Below are positions 51,831 to 63,266 of a stretch of DNA of 64,000 nt, piece after piece (within the stretch, counting starts at the first letter, position 1; every line of letters begins with the position of its first letter). This stretch comes from Chiloscyllium plagiosum (Eukaryota), in assembly GCF_004010195.1 (NCBI RefSeq), contig NC_057718.1, positions 58,711,325-58,775,324 of the forward strand. Reading direction: 5' to 3'. The notes beneath the pieces are model-generated. The model was not told the DNA's origin. It saw nothing but the letters and a program-made list of their open reading frames with translations, and searched no databases. Position numbers and translations under genes: made by a program.

Positions 51831-54373
51831 CTTCTGAACATGTCAGCTCAAAATATCTCCTAGCTGTTTATTAAAAAGTGTAACATTATTAGCAGCAGCC
51901 ACACAAAGGTTAATTGAATTACATGAAGGGCCTTTTAAAAGCTTATGTCATTCACCTTAATGCTCTTCAGACTACAGGTCTGTCCAAGTTATTATTCTTG
52001 GCAGGCTTTGAGTGAACTGGAGATTTAAAGATTCCTCATAAGTGCACCAACAGTAATCTGCTGACCATCAGCAACAACTTGTTGAACACTTTCCAACCTA
52101 CCATCTCAGGATCTGTCCTCTTCAATATCTGTTCCATTTCATCTGTCCTCCAATAACTTACTTCTGTCCAAAGATCAACTTTGATAAACATTCACCTGAT
52201 ATTGCACAGTGATCTTCTGCTGCACTCTGCACATGATGATTTCAAAGTGGATTTGAAATTGTTTGGTTTATACTAACTCCCTATCAACCAATTATCACCC
52301 AAAGAAACCCATAGTGTTTGTTCAAGTTGAACCAACAATGTCGAGGTGGCTACATTATAATGTGGAATGTTGCTTCCAATGAAGACTCAAGATCCTCATG
52401 TTTGCCACTTCTGGGCTTGGGCAAAGTTATACTCTTTTCTACAAATAAATATATCCACCACAGAGTAGTGAAACAGTGACATGAGGTTTTCTTTTGAAGA
52501 CGAAATTGCTGACAGATTAACTGGGTGTCTACATCTACATCTGAACGATGTCATTGCTGCTTCAGACTGCCCAAACAGACCCTGGGACTAATATATCATA
52601 CCTTATTGAGTAATAATTGATGGTAGTTTAAGGTATGGCTGTCCAAAGTCATCCTATTTCAACATCTCTCATATTCCCTGATAGCATATTCATTCTTGAA
52701 GAGTCAGTGAAACCAAAACAATAACATTATATCCGAATATGCTTTAACAGAAATAAATAAATTGACATGTCTCTGAAATGTATTCAAAATTTTCTTTTCT
52801 GTTGAGCTTCAGGTATGGTGACCTTTACTGGAGGCTGATCTAGTTTCAGAATGCTAGCTAGAATTATTTTGTTCGTGTTGTGAAGTAGATCTTGTTCTAA
52901 TTTCAATAGGATTATCTGGTATTTCTGCTTGTGGTATTATTTCAGTTTCATATCCATTTCATCACACTCACATGCTGTTTGTATACAGATTTGATACAAT
53001 CTTAGATCTAGGCATATTTGACAATTTCTGCTGATCTCTATGGACCATCAGTTGGACATTCTACACAATCTTTCTGTATAATATTCAACTTGTTTTTTTT
53101 TTATCTATAGGCTTCTTGTAGGTACCTTTCACCATTCCCTTTTATCATTTCATGTGTCATGTACCTCTGGAAGCATTAATGAATAATAACTTGAGAGGCT
53201 TATCCACACTGTGGATATTAACCTAAAATTTGCTGATTTAGCAAAAATAAAATAAAATTAGAATGAAATGAGAAGGAAAAAACATATGAAACTAGGTGAT
53301 AACCTTATGATTAGGAAGAGGTCATGGGTTTTTAAAGTGTTTGTGTTAGGCTGAAGAGATGTGCATTTTTGTTTACATCAAATCTGTAACTGAGCAGTAA
53401 TGGTCCGAACTGTTACTGTAATTCTGGAAAAGCTGAAGTTTTGTTTAAAACAGACACAGTGAATCAGATGTGATGCTGTGATTATTTATCAGCTGAATTT
53501 ATGATTGTCATGGAGTTGAGTTGTTGTTGGACAATAACAAAATGATGAACAGTGACCACAAGCTAAAGTTTTAATGTCAAAGTTTAAGGCAAGAGCTAAG
53601 CACCTTTTCAAGGAGACAGAAGCAAGGCTTAATGAGTTAATTGATCAAACTGACATGGAAAACATGACAGATTTGTGATATCTTCCAGTAGTCAAGCTGA
53701 TCATTTTCTGGAGACTGGTTTGTGCCAAAGAGTTTGAATGCAGAGCTGCATTGTATAAAAAGAGTATAAAGTAACTTTCCTCACAGTAAAAGTTTAGTTA
53801 GCCTCAGGGAATAGTATAACGATCAATAATCAGAATTGAAGGGAGAGAGTGGATTTATCACCTTTTTTAGTTTTTCCTTTGGACAAGTCTGTATTAAAGA
53901 TTTCATGAAAGAGAATGTAAATATTATATGGATAAGAGGCTTGCAGTTTTTCTGTAACATACTTTGCTTTAATAAAGAACATTGGATATATTCCATTGTT
54001 AGAATTGTCTTGGGTTATTGATATCCAGAGGAAATCTGACCAAATAGGGGATTAAAAGCCGAAAGAGCAATTCCATATTCATTCTATGGTGCGATGAAGT
54101 ATGCACATTAGGATTAGGGATGCATACTTGATTCAAATAGTGTCAGGTAACCTTTTGGCTGATGATCTGCCTGGCAGAGTAAGGTGATCTTCTCCCAGTG
54201 TAGGCATGTATTAATGGGTGATGCTTCTCATGAACCACAACACTATCTTGACAACACCATGAATGGTGACTGTTGTCTTGTCATTTTAAGAGTTTTGTCT
54301 CTTTCAGAAGCTCAATAGACAGATAAACCATGTTCTGGATGTAAGTTTGCTCGCTGAGCTGAAAGGTTCATTT

Positions 54374-54413
54374 CTAGATGTTTCGTCACCCTACTAGGTA
54401 ACATCTTCAGTGG
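54374..54413 (-). ncRNA. Hammerhead motif, left arm
   Basis: CCA-CUGAAGA-U-GUUACC-UAGUAG-GGUGAC-GAAAC-AUC-UAG. Confidence 0.65.
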
Positions 54414-54534
54414 GCCTCAGGTGAAGCCCTGCAGATAATTCCTGCTTTCTATTAATATGTTTGGGAAGCAGGAATTATCAGCAGTGCTTTGATGTTTGGG
54501 AAGCAGGAATTATCAGCAGTGCTTTGCCTGAGGC

Positions 54535-54574
54535 CAACTGAAGATGTTACCTAGTAGGGTGACGAAATGTCTGA
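54535..54574 (+). ncRNA. Hammerhead motif, right arm
   Basis: CAA-CUGAAGA-U-GUUACC-UAGUAG-GGUGAC-GAAAU-GUC-UGA. Confidence 0.65.
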
Positions 54575-54735
54575 AAATGAACCTTCCAGCTCAGCGAGCA
54601 AAAATGTCTGAAAATGAACCTTCCAGCTCAGCGAGCAAACCAACATCCAGAACCTTAACCTGAGCTACAAATCTCAAAACTCACTAAGATGATCCAGGTA
54701 CCTGCATGTAATCACATAGCCAGAGCCCAAAGTCA

Positions 54736-57030
54736 TGTTGCATTGCAACACCCTAGACAAAGATTACTAGAGATGTCTAGAGATTACTCTGCATTATAAA
54801 TATTTGTTTAGCTATATATAAATGCAGAGATTTTCAAGTGAGTAGAATCCAGGTACCTCATATGTATGGCATTTAGATAGAACAGGGACATTACTACATG
54901 GTGTACATCAGTGATCTTTCTCTTTAAAGAAATAAAACAGAACAAATAAAACAGCCTTACAAGTTTGATGACCAAAGGAAGAAACAACAAACAAGATACA
55001 AGAGCAATCCTTAGGTACCCGCAGTCCAGAAAACAGGAGAAAATAATGTTCCTTTACAAACTGAGAATACCTTTGAGCTGGCCATGTCCATATGGGCAGC
55101 CAGCTGAATCAAAAGTCTGTCAAAAGCTATTCTGAATTTGAAGATCCATTTGGAATCAGTCCTGTACTAAACTAAGAAAGAGCATGTCTAAACTAACACA
55201 TGATAAAATATTTAAAATGAAAATAAAAAGCAAAAGCAAAGATCACAGCTGAAACATTGCTGAAGGCATATTCTGTGACTCATTTGTAGCAAGATTCCTG
55301 TAGGTCCTTGATGACTGAAAAAGGCAGAAAATCAGCAGAAGGATAGGAACTAAATCTCCCAGCATTAATTAGAATATCATGGAACGCGAATGAGTTCAAA
55401 CTTAAAAGTAAGTCTAAAAATAATGCATCTATGCTTCATAAACCAAGCAGCTGAAGAACTGGTTCAACAAACTGTCAAAATAATATTAGCACTTGGTATT
55501 GACAGACTGCACAGAGTTGATATATTGGGCTTATCTTAAGAGTATCAAAAATTTTCTGCAAAAATAAGCAAAGTACTAAAAAATCAGCTTCATGGAAGAG
55601 TCCATGTTAAAATTCATTGCTTTGAATTGATGTCCTACCAACAACAGCCATAGGAATCAATAGATCAATTTGTCAGTAGATGCTTTCATAAGCGCCACAA
55701 ATGTGATTTCTTAGAAAAAGAACTGTTGGAACAAATAATGGAGTTGGTGATTGACTCAACACATGTCAAAGCATTCCAAAAAAGCCTCCTGGTAATAAAA
55801 CAAATGAACAGCATTGGCAGAAAATACAAAAATATTGCAGTTAGACAACAGCACCTGCAAGCACTAAGTGCAGCCAACAGTATAGATACTGTAGTCAGTA
55901 CACAAAAAGCAAGAAACTGTGTCCTATGCACAATCAAATGCACAAAGTTGCCCTCCATTCGTAGATCAATACAAAATGTGCAATACAAAAGGACATTGAT
56001 TTACTGCATAAGAAATCTAGCTCCAAAGATGTTGCCAAAGGCTACACAAGGCACAACAAACAGAAGACAGATGCAGCAAAGTGGTAATTGCAGCAAGGAG
56101 TGCACCAAAGATCTGGGTAAACTTCAGCCAATATACAAGGCCATAGTAAAAAGTGTGGTGCTGGAAAAGCACAGCCAGTGAGCGAGTGCTGAGTTGGAGG
56201 GTTGGATCTAGGATAAAGTCGGGGGAGGGGAGATGAAGAAACTGGTGAAATTGGTCTCCAACCTCATAGTCCACGAACCCCACATTGCCTGGTTCTACCT
56301 CTTCCCCAAAATTCACAAACCTGACTGTCCCATTCGACCAATTGCCTCAGCTTGCTCCTGTCTCACTGAAAGTCGATTTCAGCACTTTCCTCATCTCTCC
56401 TCCCCTGACCTTATCCCAGATCCAACCTTCCAGGAAACGCTGACTCTCCTACCTCTCAGATGCTGCCTGACTGGCTGTGCTTTTCCAGCACCACACTTTT
56501 TGACTCTGATTTTCCAACATCTGCAGTCGTCACTTTCTCCCAAAGGTCATAGCAAGGCTGACCCAAGTCAGGGCTATGTCCATACAGACAGTCAGCTGAA
56601 TACAAACTGAGATATAGGCTATTTAAAATGTGGAGGGATGAAAGGAGTCAGCCGTGTGCTAAACTAAGAGAGGACATGTATAAGTTGAAACACGATAATA
56701 TATAAAAAGTGGAAGGAAAAAGCAACTGCAGAGAATAGAGCAACCTCTAACCATGGGACAAATAGACTTTTCATATTGTGAAGTACTGTAATATATTATG
56801 TGGACTAAGTCAAGCATGTACAAGCTTTTGCCTCAATCATTGTCATTGCCCAAGGAAAAATGACAAAGCCAAACTCAAAATCAACATTGGCATGAGAGCT
56901 AGTTCAAATTTCCTACATTTGGACTGATTTTTGGTTTGAACCCAGTGGTACAACTGACAACAGCCAACTTAATCGAATTCAATGGGTCACCCGCTTCTTG
57001 CAATGGCACATTAATAATGCAATGCTGTTC
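54736..57030 (+). mobile_element. Gypsy LTR-retrotransposon relic (LTR, gag, protease region)
   Basis: TGTTG..TACA then TGGTG (PBS-like) at 54899; gag-like KIILALGIDRLHRV and EQIMELVIDSTHVKAFQKSLL. Confidence 0.65.
56147..56542. mobile_element. Penelope mosaic: inverted terminal pieces flanking an RT fragment
   Basis: SNLIVHEPHIAWFYLFPKIHKPDCPIRPIASACSC at about 56252-56369; TSD AAGG(C/T)CATAG at 56137-56146 and 56543-56552. Confidence 0.85.
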
Positions 57031-57111
57031 AGCGTGCAAACCACAAATATTTTACCTGGTAGACATGAGTGCACTGGCAATGACAGAACTACATTGTGTA
57101 TGAAGAAGGTA

Positions 57112-57266
57112 GGAGAAAGTGAGGTCTGCAGATGCTGGAGATCAAAGTTGAAACTTTATTGCTGGAACAGCACAGCAGGTCAGGCAGCATCCAGGGAACA
57201 GGAGATTCGACGTTTCGGGCACAGGCCCTTCTTCAGGAATGAGCCTGAAGGCAGGAATGGCTCATT
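57112..57266 (-). mobile_element. Solo Penelope terminal unit with 13-bp TSD and fold-back filler
   Basis: TATGAAGAAGGTA at 57099-57111 and 57267-57279. Confidence 0.9.
57205..57240 (-). ncRNA. Best-preserved minimal type I hammerhead ribozyme motif
   Basis: AUUC-CUGAAGA-A-GGGC-CUGU-GCCC-GAAAC-GUC-GAAU: perfect stems I and II, palindromic ACGU in place of stem III. Confidence 0.85.
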
Positions 57267-57947
57267 TATGAAGAAGGTACCAAATGGATCTATACACAAT
57301 GTGCAAAGTGGAAGGATATTTGCTCCTGCACGAATATCCAGATTTGTATAGACATTATCCCCACCCTTCATCTCTGGACATGTAATCTGAATTATGGCAA
57401 AGACTTCTGTTGCTATCATGGTGCCAATACATTCTTTAATGTTCACTGTGCTTAATATCTGCTCAGTTTCTGTGTCTATGCTTTGGCTATGCTCATCATA
57501 TGTCCATGTGGCTTAGTTAGACATTTCATAGATCTGGCTTTGGCCCTTTTTTGAATGGCTCTTTACTGTCTTGAACATATTGCTTGTGTGACTTTTGGTT
57601 TCCAATGTCACTTTCTAAGTTCTAATGTTCCACGTGTCTTGTATACAACAGCAAGAGCTGGGTAATTTCTGGTACATATATGAGGATGAACCTCTTTCAT
57701 TGATTACTTAGCTTGGCTCATTGGCTACTGCACCAATGGTGCACAAGTTGCACATACATATTGTTCATCCTCAAATATGGCTTGTAGTTGTGCTGCCAAG
57801 GTATAACCTTTGAGGTGATCTAATATATAATTTTTGAATACTTCCATTGGGGTACATGCTATCATGATCTCAGTCATTTTGTTTGCTGGTACTACTTTCA
57901 TTAAGTTGTGATGTGGAAATGCTGTTGTTGGACTGGGGTGGGCAAAT

Positions 57948-58112
57948 TCAGAAGTCACACATCAGGTTATAGTGCAATAGGTTTATTTGAAATCGGGAGC
58001 TTTTGGAGTGCTGCTTCTGGAGTGACTTCGCCTGATGAATGCACAGTGGTCCGATGGCTTATGATTTCAAATAAACCTGTTGGACTATAACCTGATGTCA
58101 TGTGACTTCTGA
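57948..58112. mobile_element. Penelope terminal inverted dimer, third family, with decayed hammerhead
   Basis: CAGGTTATAGT..AGGTTTATTTGAAATC mirrored by GATTTCAAATAAACCT..ACTATAACCTG; CTGATGA at 58032-58038. Confidence 0.75.
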
Positions 58113-59096
58113 CTTCATGAAGTTATAATCATGCTTCTTGTCTCTGTACCTATCTACCTTCATCTACCTATGAATTGATAAATATTCTCTTGATTGTTGC
58201 CTAGGGTAAACATGAGTTCCAGGTGGTGTATTTTAAAGCTGAGAGTCATGTATCTTTGAGTCTTGAACATATTTTTTCTCGCCTTTTGCCATCAGATGTA
58301 CCTGACAATGTTCTGTGGGGGTCTTCATTACCAAGAGCAATTTTAGTTCTAATGGCCTGTTTTTCTGATTCAGAAAAATTGAGGTTAAGAAAACAATGTA
58401 ATGCCTTATAAAACAATATATTCAAATTGGAAATTTGTTAATATCCAACTAAATGTTGGAAATTTTATTATCATTTTGCTGGTTTTTCATTATTTTTATT
58501 GCTATTTGAAAGTTTTTGACAGTTATTTGCATTTCTTCCAGTTTCAATGAAAAGGTTTTGTTTTACAGTTTTCTCATTGCTAGGACCTGTTACTAGATGG
58601 ATTATTTTTGCCCACCCAGTATTTAGCTTCAGTCTCCCTGTCAGTGAGTTCTGCTTAAAATGAGATATCACTCTCGACTCTGGCATTTAGGTTGGATGCC
58701 TGCTTCAACTTTGCTGCAACTAGACTTCACTAATTAAACTGCCCCAAATTTGAACAATCTCACTAGGATGAACTATAGGTTGATTCCACACAAGACCAGA
58801 GTATGTAAAGAATTCCTACAGAGATGCAGATTCGTTGAAATAACCATGATGTTTTTTGAGCATTGTTTTTCTTTCACCCTAGTTCTTTTGTTCAGTTAGA
58901 CATAGAGTAGTTGAGGCTTGTTTATTTTACAATCAATCTTCAAAAGCATGCTGCCACCATGTTGCATTCTTCTCTTCAGATGTAAACATACCAATCACTC
59001 ACAAGGATTGATGAAGCAACAATGTGGGTTCTTCATGTGAAAATCAAACTAACCTTACTGGGTCGTCATGTATAGTGCATCTAATCTATATCACTG

Positions 59097-59278
59097 TCGA
59101 AAGTGTGGTGCTGGAAAAGCACAGTAGGTCAAGCAGCATCCGAGGAGCAGGAGAATCGATCTTTTGGGCGTAAGTCCTTCATCTCCAGCTCCTTAGATGC
59201 TGTGATGACCTGCTGTGCTTTTCCAGCACCACCCTCTTGACTCAGATCTCCAGCATCTGCAGTCCTTAGTTTCTCCTG
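59097..59278. mobile_element. Penelope terminal inverted dimer inside the Gypsy LTR
   Basis: GTGGTGCTGGAAAAGCACAG mirrored by CTGTGCTTTTCCAGCACCAC; TATCACTG at 59089-59096 and 59284-59291. Confidence 0.85.
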
Positions 59279-61024
59279 ATCTCTATCACTGCTGGTTCAG
59301 ATTGCCCAATAAGTCATGGGCCTAATATATTGTATTGTGATGAAGGTGGAATGATTGACAGTGCTTTAAAGATACACCTCATAAAGATGTAAGGCAACAT
59401 ATTACAACATCCAGTAAAGATAGAAACCCCTTAATTATTGATATTACTGTCTACATTTCTTGCATGAAGTCCAGCTTTGGCTAAGGAGGTGGCAAAAGTT
59501 TGGATGCTTTATCATCTTGAACGACAGCAATATATCAAACTCCCATTGTTCAACTGTGGCTGTTGCTGCGTAGTATGGTTTAGCACTCCCACTATGTTTT
59601 TCCTTCTTCCATTCATATACCTCATTCCCTTCACGCAAACATCTCCATTGAAACCAGCTCCTGTAAGCAGGCAGTAAGGGTATTCAGTTGAAGTCATTGG
59701 AGCCCTTCTTTATATACAGAGATCAAATTTTAATTGCTGACCTGAGTTAGGAAATAAATTAGACTTCTTCATTAAGCTTTCAGAAAGAACAGTCAGGGCC
59801 AGCAGAGGCCTCAGAGGTTTTTTTTAGAATTTGTAGGACCTTGAAGAGCTGAAATATTCCTGCTGAATGAAATGTGGGTGAGGGTTGGGTGAAGTTTAGG
59901 TCCCTCTGTCCATGTTCTGCCCTATTCTCTATTACAAGGTCCCCTCAGATTTCATAAAATTCATAAACCTCTAAACAGTAGGACCTCATGCCTTTTGGCT
60001 AATTAGTTTGGAATCTAACGATAGTTTCGTTCAATGTCCCAGTGTGAGGGTTATCTTTTTGAGTGATACACTATGAAAGGAAACTTTTTGGGAAAATCAG
60101 TAGGTATCAAAAATGAGCTGATAACATTTTTTCATTATGCCACACCCATGCCTTCAGTATCACTATCTTATGACTGAGAGCATGTCCTCATAAGCTCCAG
60201 GTCAGTATGGAGCTAGATTATTATTCATGCCACCTTCTGTGACTCACCTGCAACATAGGTTTAGCATTATCAGTTACAGTCAAACACTGTCTTGCTGGTG
60301 CAATGTTTTAAATCTATGGATTGCAACAAGTATCTCAACCTTCATTCCATATTTTCTTACAAAATTGATTTCTACACTTGATATCACACCTTAAATCTAT
60401 AAGTTCCATTTAATTTACAAATGACTTTAACAGGAAATAAAACATTTACTTCAAATCTGAAAAATTCAACAGGGTAGGGCATATGCCAGTCAGGTGGCAT
60501 AAGTCATACAATTTGCATAAATCATGTAAATTTGTACATTTTCAAAGAGTGAAATACTTTAAGTTGTGTTTTCTTTTCTAAGTCACTGTATTTTTAATAA
60601 CATTGAACTTAAATTGGGTCAGATCTTTTGCATAATTGACATAAGAGTACTTGATACAGATCATTTTTCAACTGGACTATGATATTGAAACTTCTAATAT
60701 TGAAGCAATTTGCATTTTTATTAATTATTTATGACACTTTTTGTAAATGGCATGTCTGTAATATGATTTGACCGCAATGATTTTTTTTTGGTGTGTTTTA
60801 ATTTCACTATCTCCTAGAATAACCATGGACCATATAATGGTGAGCTTGTCTTTACATTTTAGTACATAGCTTTGTTTACCAATGAGAAATTCTGTTGAAG
60901 ACTTCCCTTAGTTTTACCACCTTCATGCCTTTAAACGTAACTCTGTTATTTAATATTCATTGCATTCCTGATGAGGATCAAAAGTAATTGTCTTCATGTT
61001 AATAAGAAAGATCACACAATACAT

Positions 61025-61321
61025 GGGGCGGCACGGTGGTATAGTGGTTAGCATTGCTGCCTCACAGCACTAGGGTCCCAGGTTTGATTCCAGTCTCGGG
61101 TGACTGTGTGGAGTTTACACATTCTCCTTGTGTCTGTGGGTTTCCTCCCATGGTTAGAGTTGGAGGGTACATCACAAAGATGTGCAGGTTAGGTGAATTG
61201 CCCATGGTGTTAGGTGTATTAGTTAGAGGAAAATGGGTCTGGGTGGGTTACTCTTCGGAGGGTCAATGTGGACTTGTTGGGCTAAAGGGCCTGTCTCCAC
61301 ACTGTAGGGAATCTAATCTAA
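61025..61321 (+). mobile_element. HE1-type (V-SINE) SINE
   Basis: GGGCGGCACGGTGGTATAGTGGTTAGCA (A box), GGTTTGATTCC (B box), CR1-like tail ending in (AATCT)n. Confidence 0.9.
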
Positions 61322-62107
61322 TACATTTTCATGTTAAAATGAAGGACTGTCAGTCCAGTGGGAAGAGGATTGAGGGTGCAGAAGATGTGTCTCATGGACA
61401 GACTGAACTTCAAGATGGAGAGATTGGAGACAAACTAGAGAAGGATATAAGCAAGAACATTTGGGAAAATTTGGCCTAATGGTCTAGGCTGTATGAGGGA
61501 AATGGCAAAAGCAACTGATCTCAATCTTAGTGACAATGAGGTCTGTGAGCTCTTTATTCTTGGCATTGAAGGCAAAGGTAGAGGAGCTAGAAAGATAGTT
61601 GGTTGTGAAGAAGAGAATCTGTGATTATCCTTATGAGGCCAGTAACACCCACTATTGTTTTATTGATTTAGCCAGATCTGCCAAAAAATGTCTATGACTG
61701 TTGCCTACCATTGACATTAATGCACGTGTCCCTTCAGCTTAAGTGAGTCAAAATGAGGGTTATGCACAATATGAGATAGAAAGCTTTAACTAAGCACAAA
61801 GGCAATGAATGAAAGTACGTGAAGGTATGATTAAGCAGATAGGCAACTGAAGTGATGGCATGGTGAATGAAGAGCCGAATGCTAGAAATTTGGGAATAAC
61901 ATTCACTGCATTCCTTGGAACGTGCATTTCTAAGTGACCTCAGGAAGAGATTTTCTGGGGGCAGGCAGGGAAAGAAATAGTCTGTAAACTATCAGACATC
62001 AATTTATATATAGAAAGATCCTAAAAAGAACATTGAGATAAATTACTTGCTGCTAGTGATGAAGTATATGCATTTCGAGAACAACAGGACAACTCACCAG
62101 TTCTTTA

Positions 62108-62411
62108 CAAGAGGGCATAGGTTTAAGGTGAGAGGGAAAAATTTTAAAAGGGACCTAAGGGGCAGCTTTTTCACACAGAGGATGGTGTGTGTATGGAATG
62201 AGCTGCCAGAGGAAGTGGTGGAGGCTAGTACAATTACAAAATTTTAAAGGCATCTGGATGGGTATATAAACAGGAAGGGTTTAGTTGGGTATGGGCCAAA
62301 TGCTGGCAAATGGGGCTAGATTAGTTTAGGACATCTGATCCACATGGACACGTTGAACTGAAGGGTCTGTTTCCGAGATGACCATCGCTATGACTCTATG
62401 ACCGTATGACC
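62108..62411 (+). mobile_element. CR1 3' tail
   Basis: TRGHRFKVRG..FFTQRMVCVWNELP; (CTATGA)n-like tail. Confidence 0.9.
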
Positions 62412-62588
62412 TGAGAAGGCTGACTGGACCTTCAACCTGGATATCCAAAAGACTCCAACAATATAACACTTCCTCAATATTACACAATAGTGCGGCCTAG
62501 ATTATGTGCTGAAGTACATGAATTCAACTCAACCTACAACCTTGTCTTTCAAAAAAAGATAGTTCTACCATTGAGCTAAAGTTGACAG
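62412..62588 (-). mobile_element. DeuSINE/AmnSINE-like SINE relic; a second piece lies at about 62860-63000
   Basis: GCCTAGATTATGTGCTGAAGT..AACCTACAACCTT..CTACCATTGAGC resembles the reverse complement of the tRNA head and Deu domain (from memory). Confidence 0.5.
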
Positions 62589-63047
62589 ATTCATTCTTGT
62601 AATTTATGAATAAATTTCACCAGAGAGTTGACATTGCAACTCTGTGAGTGCTTATCAAAGTTATTTATAATGTTCAAAACCCTGTATAGATTAAAATGTA
62701 AACTGGGAATAAATTAATGAAGGTAAGCATTGAAAGTACTTGCACGTATATAAAGCCTCATGATTCCTGAATATCCAAAGAGTGACAGCTGATCAAGGGT
62801 GGTCACCCCCAGTAAAGTGCCTGCCTTAATTTAGAGAAACAGTTCTGGTGGAACTCGTCACAAATAGCAATGATGGAAATAATTTGGCAAGTGACTCTGG
62901 TTGAGAGATCGATATTGAGCAGGATAGTTGGGAGAACCTTTTCTGCTGTTCTTTGAAGAAATGGCATCTACATGGGAGAACAGACAAGGCCTTAATTTAT
63001 TAATTTGAAATATCAAACCTCCTAATCAAGTTTGTCAATTCATTATA

Positions 63048-63266
63048 CAGTCTGTTCCAATATAATGCAATAGTTCTGCTCTCGTGTGATCTTGCGTTAT
63101 AAAAAAATTGCGCAATAGCTGCGCCATTTAAACTAATGGGGCTGGAATTGCATTATAGCCAATACAGGTAAGGAAGGCTCTCATCCTGCAAAAAACAGTC
63201 TAAATTCTCCAATCGCATCAAAGCCAATTCACGTTGAAGAAACACACGTTACAGCAGAACTGACTG
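63048..63266. mobile_element. Tigger-type MITE
   Basis: TIRs CAGTCTGTTCCAATATAA and TTACAGCAGAACTGACTG, with TA on both sides. Confidence 0.75.

Larger units (their letters stand above)
54332..54687. mobile_element. Penelope-type terminal inverted repeat of a distinct family, with two mirrored hammerheads and two tandem duplications
   Basis: 54332-54447 is the reverse complement of about 54500-54653; 35-bp and 37-bp tandem duplications. Confidence 0.8.
57030..59409 (-). mobile_element. Gypsy LTR-retrotransposon relic (LTR 58960-59409, tRNA-Leu-like PBS, gag, protease)
   Basis: TGTTG/CAACA LTR ends; minus-strand TGGTGGCAGC at 58950-58959; EKQAIRTKIALGNE; EIMIACTPMEVFK; protease-like LDIRAGANILP. 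Confidence 0.75.

Noticed and set aside
52000..52760. Possible hAT transposase or integrase relic
   Set aside because: A single CFGFTD-like motif with no collinear support
54457..54638. 35-37 bp repeats as a CRISPR array
   Set aside because: Two-copy tandem duplications without spacers, inside a eukaryotic retroelement
61025..61100. tRNA gene (also at 2491, 4173, 32000, 48485)
   Set aside because: The A and B boxes are SINE heads that continue into SINE bodies; I could not fold a complete cloverleaf
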